Shown here: one piece after another, positions 8,628 through 17,471 of the stretch
How the letters are laid out: each line of letters opens with the position of its first letter
How positions within the stretch are numbered: the first letter of the stretch is position 1
Assembly: GCA_958295785.1 (NCBI GenBank)
Contig: OY282377.1
Location: forward strand, 3,328,385 to 3,392,384
Length of the DNA stretch: 64,000 nt
Direction of reading: 5' to 3'
From: an uncultured Latescibacterota bacterium
GTDB lineage: Bacteria > Latescibacterota > UBA2968
The notes under the pieces: generated by a model
Database searches by the model: none
The model's input: the letters and a program-made list of their open reading frames with translations, nothing else
Told to the model about the DNA's origin: nothing
Translations under genes and position numbers: made by a program

Positions 8628-9893
8628 ATGCTGACGCAACGCGAACTGGGGCAGCGGTTGAAGCGTGCGCGCGAGGCAATCGGGTTGACCCAACAGCAGG
8701 TTGCCGATAGCGTCGCGCTTACCCGCGTTGCAATTTCCCAAATCGAATCGGGACGACGGGCGGTCAGTTCATTTGAACTCCTGCATCTCTCGCGTCTTTA
8801 CGGGCGAGATATGGTCAGTTTTTTTGACGAAAATGCCCACATGCAGGAGGCGGAAAACGCACTGACTGTCCTGTTTCGCACGCATCCCGAACTGGTTCAA
8901 ACCCCTGCGTGCAGAGAAGCATTGCAACGGGCCGATGAGATATTCCGAGAATATCTCAATTTGAAAGCCCTTTTGGATTTGGATACAGAACAGAACCTGC
9001 CGCCTGTATATGCTTGTCCCGAACCGAGAAATGTTTGGGAAGCCATTCATAAGGGCGAGCGCGTCGCCGAGGCGGAACGCAGTCGTCTGGCGTTGGGGCA
9101 TGATCCCATCCGCGATATGACCGAGTTGGTGGAATCGCAGGGCATACCCATCATTGAAATCAATTTGGATGATCAGATATCTGGTCTCTTTATCGCCCAT
9201 ACAGAAACGCAGTTGTGCATCTTCGTCAACCGAGAACAACTCGGTAGGGCAAGGGCGCGAGTCGCATTTACTATCGCCCATGAATACGGTCACATCTTGC
9301 TTGACCGGGATAAAGTCAGTGCCATCAGCAGAATCTCAAACGAGCGCGATTTGTTTGAAGTGCGTGCGAATGCTTTTGCCGCCGCGTTTCTCATGCCGGA
9401 AGAAGGGGTGAGTCAATTTCTCAAAACCATCGGCAAAGGCGCGTCCAGCCGCGAAAAGCTGTTGGCCTATACCGTGCCCGACCTGCTCGTGGGGCATCAC
9501 CGCCGCTTGGCATCCACCCAAGTCCTCACGCTTTACGATGTCGTCAAGTTCTGCGCGTATTTTGGAACCAGCTTTGAAGCCGCCCTGTACAGATTGAGAA
9601 ACACAAAGTTTCTTTCCGAGGGATCATTTGATCAACTCTACGAACAAAAAGAAAAAGCGAGGAAAATTGGACAACATCTCAAAATAGAAGAAGGAAGGCG
9701 AGACCACCCCAGCAGTTTCGCGGTCAATTTCACGGGGCTGGCTATCGAAGCCTATCGGCGCGACAAAATCACGTACGACAAATTGGTCAATCTCGCAGCA
9801 CAAGTGAAATTTGATTCTGAGGTCATAGACGAAGTACTCTCCTGCATGGGACTGGAAAACAATCGCGAAGAAGCGATCTATCTTCCGGAGTGA
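8628..9893 (+). CDS. XRE-family HTH fused to an ImmA/IrrE-family (DUF955) metallopeptidase domain
   Basis: N-terminus LTQRELGQRLKRAREAIGLTQQQVADSVALTRVAISQIESGRR (HTH_XRE). HEYGHILLD supplies the HExxH motif, and ANAFAAAFLMPEEGV matches ImmA/IrrE. Confidence 0.7.
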   Translation: MLTQRELGQRLKRAREAIGLTQQQVADSVALTRVAISQIESGRRAVSSFELLHLSRLYGRDMVSFFDENAHMQEAENALTVLFRTHPELVQTPACREALQRADEIFREYLNLKALLDLDTEQNLPPVYACPEPRNVWEAIHKGERVAEAERSRLALGHDPIRDMTELVESQGIPIIEINLDDQISGLFIAHTETQLCIFVNREQLGRARARVAFTIAHEYGHILLDRDKVSAISRISNERDLFEVRANAFAAAFLMPEEGVSQFLKTIGKGASSREKLLAYTVPDLLVGHHRRLASTQVLTLYDVVKFCAYFGTSFEAALYRLRNTKFLSEGSFDQLYEQKEKARKIGQHLKIEEGRRDHPSSFAVNFTGLAIEAYRRDKITYDKLVNLAAQVKFDSEVIDEVLSCMGLENNREEAIYLPE

Positions 9894-9926
9894 TCTCGTG
9901 TAGAAAAAACAGAGAGCCAGTCATGC

Positions 9927-10418
9927 GTGATTACGGACGCAAATATTCTGATCAATTTTATCAAAATTGACCGTGTGGATATTCTCCAACACCTGCGAGT
10001 GTATACTTTTTACTTGCCCGAGGAAGTATATCGGGAAATCACATATCCAGCACAACGGCTCGTTTTAGATCGCGCCCTCAAAAATGGATGGCTGAAAAAA
10101 ATTGTGATAACGGATCAAAATGAATTGCGTTCTTATGCAAAATACAAACGACAAATGGGTGATGGAGAGGCCGCGTGTTTGGCGATTGCGATTTGTCGAA
10201 AGTGGCTCATGGCCTGCGATGAACAAAAAAAGAAACTGATTTCCAGAACAGTTTAGCATCATTTGGGAGCGGGCTATCTCCTGAATACACCGGGTATTTT
10301 GCTCAAGGCCATACGCGAGAGCATTCTCACTATATCACAAGCAGACGCAATCAAAAACACGTTGGCGCAGAACCGATTTGTCATGCCATTTGCCTCTTTC
10401 CAGAATTTTAGCGCACCA
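9927..10418 (+). pseudogene. PIN-domain (DUF3368-like VapC-type) nuclease gene interrupted by one in-frame TAG at 10254-10256
   Basis: GTG start. N-terminus ITDANILINF..DGEAACLAIAI is PIN-like. After the TAG the same frame continues HHLGAGYLLNTPGILLKAIRESIL..., a PIN C-terminus. Confidence 0.55.
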
Positions 10419-10513
10419 TAGCCCTGCTTCGAAAAAAAAGGCGTGAGGGTTTGTTTCCGCACGGCCTGTTACTCGGTCCAAAGCGATCAAATTTATGGCA
10501 TAAAAGAAATCCA

Positions 10514-10593
10514 TTCGCCAAACCCATATCCGGGCGCATCGCGGTCAAGGTGATCAACCACTTGGGCGACGAGGTGATGAAAGTGTTTCGGGT
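10514..10593 (+). repeat. direct repeat copy 2 of the mod 3' terminus (80 bp, 1 mismatch vs 7984-8063)
   Basis: ttcgccaaaccca[t]atccgggcgcatcgcggtcaaggtgatcaaccacttgggcgacgaggtgatgaaagtgtttcgggt matches the mod C-terminal coding sequence. Confidence 0.9.
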
Positions 10594-10611
10594 GTAAAGG
10601 AGTGGTAATTT

Positions 10612-13600
10612 ATGAATTTTCCAGACCAAAGCCATATTGACCGAGTCCGTGAAGCACTCTGGCAACGTTCAAGCGATGCGTCCGTCATGGTTGGGAGCGG
10701 TTTCAGCCGAAACGCCTTGAAATCCCGACCAGATGCAGACGACCCTCCAACATGGCGCGAAGTGACAAAAGCGGTATCCGATAAACTGTATTCCCAAGAC
10801 GACGGTAGCGATGTGATTTTGAGATCCTCGGCAACGGGCGACTTTTTGCAGTTGGCCCAAGAGTATGAGGCCGCGTTCGGACGCGGGGACCTGCATCTCT
10901 TTATCCAAAGGTTGATTCGGGACGACGATTTCAAGCCAGGTGATCTACATACGCGGTTGCTACGGCTTCCTTGGCGCGATGTCTTCACAACCAATTGGGA
11001 CACGCTTTTGGAACGGGCGTGTTCTTTTGTAGCTGATCGCGCCTACAGCGTTGTGAGAAACATGGATGAGATTTCGTTGGCTGATCAGCCTCGCATTATC
11101 AAACTGCACGGATCGCTTCCCGCACATTTCCCGCTGATTTTCACGGAAGAAGATTATCGAACTTATCCAAGGAAATTTGCTCCGTTCGTGAACACCGTTC
11201 AGCAAGCAATGATGGAAACAGTATTTTGTCTGATCGGCTTCTCGAGTGATGATCCAAATTTTTTGCAATGGTCGGGATGGGTTCGTGACAATCTGGGTGA
11301 ATCCGCCCCGAAGATATATTTGGCCGGATGGCTGGATTTGTCACCTCACAGGCGCAGGATGCTTGAAGACCGCAACATGGTTTCTATTGATCTTGCGCGT
11401 CATCCGCATGCGAACAAATGGCCGGAACACAAGCGACATCAATACGCAACCAATTGGATTTTGCATTCATTGGAACGTGGACGCCCATACGAAGTCACAG
11501 AGTGGCCTTCTCGATCAGAGCGGCAACTTCTACCAATACCGAAAGAACTTCAACCTGTTAAAGAAGTTGTTCCTGATGAACCAAGAGAGGAGATAGATGC
11601 GCCAGCGTGGCCTGGAAATGATTCGGGAAATTTATTAGAAAAGGTGAAGGAATGCCTCAAGATTTGGACGCATAACAGGAAAATCTATCCGGGTTGGTTA
11701 GCTACCCCCGCAAGTGCGCGACATTCCATGAGTTGGGACACCGAACAATGGGAATCACCGATTTTAAGCGTGCTTCCCAACTTTGCTCCAGTAGAACGCT
11801 TGAAAGCCATTCGGGAGTTGATGTGGCGCAGGGAAATCATGCTGGATCCGATCTCTAACGAACTTGAAACCGCCGCCCAAAAAATCTTGGAAGAGATAGA
11901 CTGCCAAGCTCGAACAATTGGGGGTGTTGCCGATACAAGCGTTAATTGGGCGGACATGCGGGAAACTTGGCGTACTGTCGCGCTCGTGCTCGTGACAGCA
12001 ACGAGATTTGAATTTGATGAAGACCTGTTTGAGGAACGGATTGCGGCACTGTCCCCTTTCCGTGACGATCATCCAGACATCGTTCAACGGATACATCACG
12101 AGCGTTGTCTATGGGCGGTTTATGCGCTCAATTTCGAGAAGTTGGAAGGCTTACTCAAGGATTGGAAAACTGAAAATTGTGATCCAGTCTGGATGATGAG
12201 AAAAGCCGCTATCCTTTTCGAAATAAATCAAAATGACGACGCAATTCAACTGATCAACCACGCGCTTTCGGCTATCCGTGAGAATCTTGGCGATAAACGT
12301 AGCTTAGCCGGTCCTTCCCGCGAGGGTTGGGCACTGTGGTTGGCACTGGCATTTGAAGAAGGATGGGGGGAACCAAATAAAAACCTTATTGACGCACCTC
12401 CAGCTTTCAGAAGATGGCAGGAGTTGGCATCGCTGAAATGTGATGCCTTCACAGAGAAACACTGGTACGCCGAAGCAATCAAAGGCAGTGAAGAAAAAAA
12501 AGAAAAACTGCCCTTCGACCTTGGTCAGGGGCAAGGGTATCACTTTCACCTATCCAATGCCGAATATGATCGATATATTGCAGCTTATCGTGCAATTCGT
12601 CTCTCTGAAGTAGCCGGGTTACCTCCATCTACTAGCAGTTTTGTCGTAGCTTCGGATATATTGAAACTTGCCGCCGATAGGCTAGCCATGACGAATCCAG
12701 AGATGACCGCACGTCTGATCCTTCGAGTTTTGAACTATGACGGGGACTCTATGCTCACGCATGTTCTTTCGCGTCCTCGGGTGGCCGCTATGCCAGTGGA
12801 CTCGGTGGAAAGGCTTATTCAGGTCTGTAACAATGCCATTGAATACGCGCTCCCTTGGATATCGGGTGGACGCAGGCATGCCATGTTCTGGATTGAACGA
12901 TTTCGCGTTGTCTTGGAAGTACTATCTCGGCTTGTTCTCCGATCTGATCCCGAAACGGCAGAAACTATTTTTGATAAAGCACTTGAATATTACCGAAATG
13001 ATCACATAGCTCAGTGCCGGCTTTTAGAAGGACCTGTCCAACATATTCTGAAACGTTCTTGGGAAACCTTACCTAAAGATCGCCAGACTGACCGCGTGCT
13101 CGATCTGTTGAATGCGCCTATTGTTGGTATAGACGGATTTACTGGATCTGAAGGCTACCCAGATCCCGGGAAATTGCTATATCACAGAAATCCTCTGCCC
13201 ATTCGCACGTCGGACAACGAGAACCACTGGCAAGAAATCATCAGTCTGAATGTGCGTGGTTTGAACGCTGGTGGGGAAGCGCGCAAACGAGCATCTGTCA
13301 GAATAGCCCAAATAGCCTCGAAAGGACGGCTGTCGGATGATGAGGAATCGCAAGTCGCTCAAGCACTTTGGAGCCAAGATCATACCAACCCCAATGATCT
13401 ACCGGGTGGAACTAATATCTATGAGTGGGTATTTCTTCTATTACCACAGCCGAAGCCAGGCCTTGCAGAAGAGCGTTTTCGTCGCAAATGGCTCAATACT
13501 GACAACCTCTCTCAAGGCGATGGGGCCGATTTGGATGAAATTCTCTCGCAAGTTGGTTCTGCGATTTCCGGACTAAAAGCTCACCAGCATCAGCTAACGC

Positions 13601-14415
13601 TTTCGGATAAAGAGAAGAACTATCTTGCAGACCTTGTCGGGCGGTGGGCAGAATGTCGACCGTTGCCAAAAATAGGGCACTTTCCAGATAATGAGCGCAT
13701 TCGTCTTGAGAATCGGGCCATTGATGGCCTGCTATTTATCCTATTGGCAGTGTCGATTCCAGAAACCACAGCTACAAAACTCTACAAAAAAGTTCAAGAC
13801 CTAAAAGAATCTGACACGCCAGGGCTGAGGCTTATCGCCAGCATTGTTAAGGCATTGCCCGATCAGGTTGATGAAATCGCTTTGTTTGTAAGAATGGAAT
13901 TGACATCTGATAATAAAGGCTGGGCCGGGAATGCTACACGGGGATTAAATTTTTGGTTAGAGGCTGCGTCCGATTCAACGCTCGGCATACAGCCTCCACC
14001 TGATGACTTGGTTCATGAAATTGGCATCGTAATCGCTACCCGTAGAAAAGTAGTTCTCAAACAGGCATTGGAGATAGCAAAATGGGTATTTGAGGAAGGA
14101 AGTGAGGAACAGAGAGAAGTCATTAGCCAGTTGACGATACAGGGGCTGGGTTATCTGATTGAGGAATTGCGATACGACAGAGAGCACGATCAGGATAATG
14201 ACTTTGATGTGCCGTTTTTGCGCTGGGTCTGCACACATCTTGCCTTAGCAATGGCGGAGCATGGCTTGGCCGACGACCCGACTGTTGCTCGCTGGCTGGA
14301 GATTGCCAAAGAAGACCCGCTCCCGGAAGTGCGGCAGGCAAAGCATTCCGCTTTTGCTCGTCAGCATAAGGAGAAGGAAAGCACGGGCGAAGAGCCAATG
14401 TCTCAAGCCGAGTAA
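10612..14415 (+). CDS. SIR2-like (SIR2_2/DSR-type) NADase-domain protein with ~950-aa alpha-helical C-terminal region; defence-associated sirtuin-like
   Basis: RBS AAAGGAG. N-terminal motifs VMVGSGFSRN, FTTNWDTLLE, IIKLHGS, LIGFSSDDPNF match the SIR2_2 family. Size and architecture resemble DSR1/DSR2. Confidence 0.65.
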   Translation: MNFPDQSHIDRVREALWQRSSDASVMVGSGFSRNALKSRPDADDPPTWREVTKAVSDKLYSQDDGSDVILRSSATGDFLQLAQEYEAAFGRGDLHLFIQRLIRDDDFKPGDLHTRLLRLPWRDVFTTNWDTLLERACSFVADRAYSVVRNMDEISLADQPRIIKLHGSLPAHFPLIFTEEDYRTYPRKFAPFVNTVQQAMMETVFCLIGFSSDDPNFLQWSGWVRDNLGESAPKIYLAGWLDLSPHRRRMLEDRNMVSIDLARHPHANKWPEHKRHQYATNWILHSLERGRPYEVTEWPSRSERQLLPIPKELQPVKEVVPDEPREEIDAPAWPGNDSGNLLEKVKECLKIWTHNRKIYPGWLATPASARHSMSWDTEQWESPILSVLPNFAPVERLKAIRELMWRREIMLDPISNELETAAQKILEEIDCQARTIGGVADTSVNWADMRETWRTVALVLVTATRFEFDEDLFEERIAALSPFRDDHPDIVQRIHHERCLWAVYALNFEKLEGLLKDWKTENCDPVWMMRKAAILFEINQNDDAIQLINHALSAIRENLGDKRSLAGPSREGWALWLALAFEEGWGEPNKNLIDAPPAFRRWQELASLKCDAFTEKHWYAEAIKGSEEKKEKLPFDLGQGQGYHFHLSNAEYDRYIAAYRAIRLSEVAGLPPSTSSFVVASDILKLAADRLAMTNPEMTARLILRVLNYDGDSMLTHVLSRPRVAAMPVDSVERLIQVCNNAIEYALPWISGGRRHAMFWIERFRVVLEVLSRLVLRSDPETAETIFDKALEYYRNDHIAQCRLLEGPVQHILKRSWETLPKDRQTDRVLDLLNAPIVGIDGFTGSEGYPDPGKLLYHRNPLPIRTSDNENHWQEIISLNVRGLNAGGEARKRASVRIAQIASKGRLSDDEESQVAQALWSQDHTNPNDLPGGTNIYEWVFLLLPQPKPGLAEERFRRKWLNTDNLSQGDGADLDEILSQVGSAISGLKAHQHQLTLSDKEKNYLADLVGRWAECRPLPKIGHFPDNERIRLENRAIDGLLFILLAVSIPETTATKLYKKVQDLKESDTPGLRLIASIVKALPDQVDEIALFVRMELTSDNKGWAGNATRGLNFWLEAASDSTLGIQPPPDDLVHEIGIVIATRRKVVLKQALEIAKWVFEEGSEEQREVISQLTIQGLGYLIEELRYDREHDQDNDFDVPFLRWVCTHLALAMAEHGLADDPTVARWLEIAKEDPLPEVRQAKHSAFARQHKEKESTGEEPMSQAE

Positions 14416-14501
14416 ATTGATAGAACCAACGATAGGCAGGCGAGAGGCAATGGCCCTGAAAAATTTTATGTACTGAACGGTATTGCCGTACACATTGCGA
14501 T

Positions 14502-14792
14502 ATGATCATTCGTTCTGTTCGACACAGGGGATTGCGCCAGCTGATAGAACACGACAATCCCCAATTCCTGCAACGCGACTTGGTTGACCGAGTACGCAAG
14601 ATATTGACGGCACTGATCTTGGCTGAGGATTTGGACAGTTTTATCGCCGATGCCCCTCAAGGCTGGCGCGTCCACCGTCTCTCAGGTAACCGTCAAGACG
14701 CCTGGAGCATTTCGATATCTGGCAATTGGCGGATCACGTTTGAAGAAGATACGGGCTATATTGACCGCTTAAACTTGGAGGATTACCACTGA
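14502..14792 (+). CDS. higB: HigB-type RelE/ParE-family toxin
   Basis: MIIRSVRHRGLRQLIEHDN ... GNRQDAWSISISGNWRITFEEDTGYIDRLNLEDYH matches the HigB killer-protein family. Toxin sits upstream of antitoxin, as expected. Confidence 0.7.
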   Translation: MIIRSVRHRGLRQLIEHDNPQFLQRDLVDRVRKILTALILAEDLDSFIADAPQGWRVHRLSGNRQDAWSISISGNWRITFEEDTGYIDRLNLEDYH

Positions 14793-15097
14793 TGGCAACC
14801 GATGGCCTCACAGTGACCATGACCCCTTCGCATCCGGGCGACTTCATTCGCACAGAGGTCATTGAGGAGTTGGGGGTAAGTGTGACGCGGGCAGCCGAGA
14901 TTCTGGGGGTTCGTCAAGCGACGCTTTCGGAGGTGCTAAACGGCCATGCCGCGCTATCGCCGGAAATGGCCCTACGCATCGAAAAGGCATTTGATATCAG
15001 CATGGATATGCTACTGCGAATGCAGGCTTGGTATGACGCCTCGCAAATGCGCGCCCGGGCAAATGAGATCGAGGTTCAACGGTACGCGTCCGCTTGA
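14792..15097 (+). CDS. higA: HigA antitoxin (XRE HTH)
   Basis: PSHPGDFIRTEVIEELGVSVTRAAEILGVRQATLSEVLNGHAALSPEMALRIEKAF matches HigA. Its start overlaps the higB stop (TGATG). Confidence 0.7.
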   Translation: MATDGLTVTMTPSHPGDFIRTEVIEELGVSVTRAAEILGVRQATLSEVLNGHAALSPEMALRIEKAFDISMDMLLRMQAWYDASQMRARANEIEVQRYASA

Positions 15098-15109
15098 TAG
15101 ATAGAGGCA

Positions 15110-15140
15110 GTGATGAAAGTATTTCGCGTTTCATGACCGC
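15110..15140 (+). repeat. direct repeat copy 3 of the mod 3' terminus plus 11 bp of native downstream flank (31 bp, 2 mismatches vs 8044-8074)
   Basis: gtgatgaaagtAtttcgCgtttcatgaccgc versus native gtgatgaaagtgtttcgggtttcatgaccgc. Confidence 0.75.
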
Positions 15141-15398
15141 ACTCGTGCGAGCGCATTGTGCGACTCTCCTTGGAACAATCGGTTTAGACATGTTTAGATG
15201 ATTTAGCCACAAAAGGCACACAGATGCTGTTACATAAAATGTTTCGCATGTAAGGGCACTGCGACGAAAGGCAGTGTCATCCATGAAAAAAAATGAAGAT
15301 TGGAGAGAGCTAAAGCGGAAAATTGATCGGGTCAAGCGCGATGTTTTCAACAGAAACCACTTGACACATCCTTGAGTGTGCGATACATTTTAAAACAT

Positions 15399-16488
15399 AG
15401 GACTTACGCAATTTTCATTGGAATATGAGGTGCTTTGAGTTGTTGTCTCAAGAAGTCAGCCACCCCCCGGTATTTGACTTGATAAATGGTTTGTCCTGTT
15501 TGATAGGCCACCTGCGCGAGTCTTATCCAAACGAACATCGCACACCCAATATGATTTCGTACCATGCGTGCCAACCGACATTGACACTTTTCAAGCCCGG
15601 TTACCTGTTTGACTTCGCGGTGAAATTGCTCAATTTTCCATCTTTGGTGACACACCTGTTGTACCCCTGAAGAATCGTTTTGAGCATGGTCGTTCGTTAC
15701 GACATACGCCGTGCGTCTGGCAGCAGACGCCACCCGGAATAATTTCACTTTGTGGTCTTTGGGGAACCCTCTGATTTTAATTAGCTTGCCTTGTTTGCGC
15801 TCCGCTTGAGTCCAAGTTAAGCTATCTACGCGCTGGTAGGGGGTTGTGCCTGCCGAATCGTCCACGCGCCGGTTCGTCTTGAGGGGACAATAATAGGTTT
15901 TTTGCATCTGCTCTATGTGTAGCATGACTGTTTTGGTCGCATACCAACTGTCCATCAAGACCCCGGTAAAAGGGAGGCCCTTCTGATAGACCAACCCAGA
16001 GAGCATGTCCTTGAGATGATCCCATTTGGTTTTGCCATCGCCTTGCGGGTCATAAATCCGATAGTCAATCAGCCAGAACCGATCCTGTTGCGGATGGACA
16101 TAGACACATGTGACCACCCCAATGCCGTTGATGACGCCTTGGGCGTTGCCGCTCTATTGACGGCGCACTCACGCGATCTTGCGTGCGTGTCGCTTGTCTA
16201 AAACCGTGTCATCAAAGATCACATAGCCTTTGGGCGTCAACGCGATGTGGTCTTTGACGTGTTCCCACACCAAGCGGGGAGGGATACGATCACCGGCGAG
16301 ATAGCGGTTGATCATATCATGACTGAACCCTTCGCTATGGTCGGCGAAATGGGTCAGGGTATAGTTGAGGGGACTGCTAAGCAGATACTGACAGTAATCC
16401 AAACGCGTCGGGTGGCGCATTGACACCTCCTCAAAGTGATAAATTTTACGGAATTGCACCCTTTGTTAACTCAGCATGCGTAAGTCCT
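15399..16488 (-). mobile_element. IS701-like (IS4/IS5 superfamily) insertion sequence, ~1090 bp, 12-bp terminal inverted repeats, 7-bp TSD AAAACAT
   Basis: Left inverted repeat (IRL) aggacttacgca at 15399-15410 and right inverted repeat (IRR) tgcgtaagtcct at 16477-16488. AAAACAT at 15392-15398 and 16489-16495. The element encloses a DDE transposase. Confidence 0.65.
15404..16459 (-). pseudogene. IS701-family DDE transposase with two in-frame stops (TGA 16169-16171, TAG 16154-16156)
   Basis: N-terminal part ..IFDDTVLDKRHARKIA* and C-terminal part ..DSWYA..QRWKIEQFHREVK (R-x3-E-x6-K signature) share one frame. The stops fall where the IS701 consensus GVxRQYSGTxGK has Gly (TGA) and Tyr (TAG). 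Confidence 0.65.
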
Positions 16489-16556
16489 AAAACATAGAGA
16501 TATAAACCTTTCTGTTCGCAAGAAATTGTAAGCGCACGGAAAGAGAGGGAAGGATA

Positions 16557-16594
16557 AAGGGTGCTTATGTGTAATTGAGCACCCTTCTTTTTTT
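16557..16594 (+). terminator. rho-independent terminator-like hairpin + T7 run
   Basis: aagggtgcttatgtgtaattgagcaccctt followed by cttttttt. Confidence 0.45.
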
Positions 16595-16656
16595 GAGGAG
16601 AATGTGGCATGGACATAACAGCGGTCTATCTCGATGGTGGATACAAGGAGACGCCA

Positions 16657-17013
16657 ATGTCTAAAATTGACTTTTACACCTGGAACAGATGAAGCACCTG
16701 TCGCAAGGTGAAAGCGTGGCTTTCACGAGAAGGGGTGGATGTGGTGGAAAGGGATTTTTTTGTGGATGGCTTTACAGACGCAGAACTTCGGGCGTTGCTC
16801 GGAGACCTGCCGCCGGATGACGTATTCTCGTGGCGGAGTCCGTCTGCGCGTGCGCTGAGGCGCGACCGAGATGCGGTGTCGGCAGACGAACTGATCCGTC
16901 TGATGGTGGCACAGCCTCGGCTGATCCGCCGGCCCTTGATCCGCGCAGGCGGGCGCCTGTTTGTGGGCACGGACAAGGCGGCGATGGCAGAGGCATTTCC
17001 CGGATTGGCGTGA
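16657..17013 (+). CDS. ArsC/Spx/YffB-family thioredoxin-fold protein with in-frame TGA at the first position of the CxxC-equivalent motif; candidate selenoprotein or nonsense pseudogene
   Basis: RBS AAGGAG 6 nt before ATG. Translation MSKIDFYTWNR-[TGA 16690-16692]-STCRKVKAWLSREGVDVVERDFFVDGFTDAELRALL...LIRRPLIRAGGRLFVG matches the family over ~118 aa. In Spx the same position reads SPSCTSCRK. A perfect 8-bp hairpin gtgaaagc-gtg-gctttcac starts 15 nt after the TGA. Confidence 0.5.
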
Positions 17014-17043
17014 CGCGCTTGCGTACAAGAAAGGGATTCACCG

Positions 17044-17470
17044 ATGAATTTCAACACCACCACATTTCGCCAATTGATGGGCAATGGCCTGAGTGATCGC
17101 GTGCCCCAGTTCCAACGCGATTATTCATGGGGCACGGACGAATGGGACGACCTGTGGCAGGACATGGTCGGGCTGTTTGGCGAAGACCCGGACCCGCGCA
17201 TTACATGGGCTACTCGGTGTTGCAATCGCCCGACAACCGAGCGTTCGACATTCTCGACGCGAGGCGTTCACCTATTTGGCAACAGCGGACAATCGCACGT
17301 TGGGAAAGACCGGCTTCTCAGAAAAGCGTCCTGTTTATCAAAAAAGCCAATTCGCCATCACTCGCAAATCAGCAGAAAACTGCGACACTTGGACGACCGA
17401 CAAAATTCGTTCACATCAGAACTGGATGGGCGAACGGGCATCTGGCGCGTCAATTTCTGAACCGACCTCA
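17044..17470 (+). pseudogene. DUF262 (GmrSD/ParB-like nuclease N-terminal domain) gene remnant, frameshifted and truncated
   Basis: NFNTTTFRQLMGNGLSDRVPQFQRDYSWGTDEWDDLWQDM matches the DUF262 N-terminal motif. The continuation (..ILDARRSPIWQQRT ~ DGQQRLT) appears only in other frames. Overlapping 3-frame ORFs signal decay. Confidence 0.5.
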
Positions 17471-17471
17471 A

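Noticed and set aside
15274-15363. 30-aa ORF MKKNEDWRELKRKIDRVKRDVFNRNHLTHP between mod repeat copy 3 and the IS
   Set aside because: No RBS and too short to support. Possibly a remnant.
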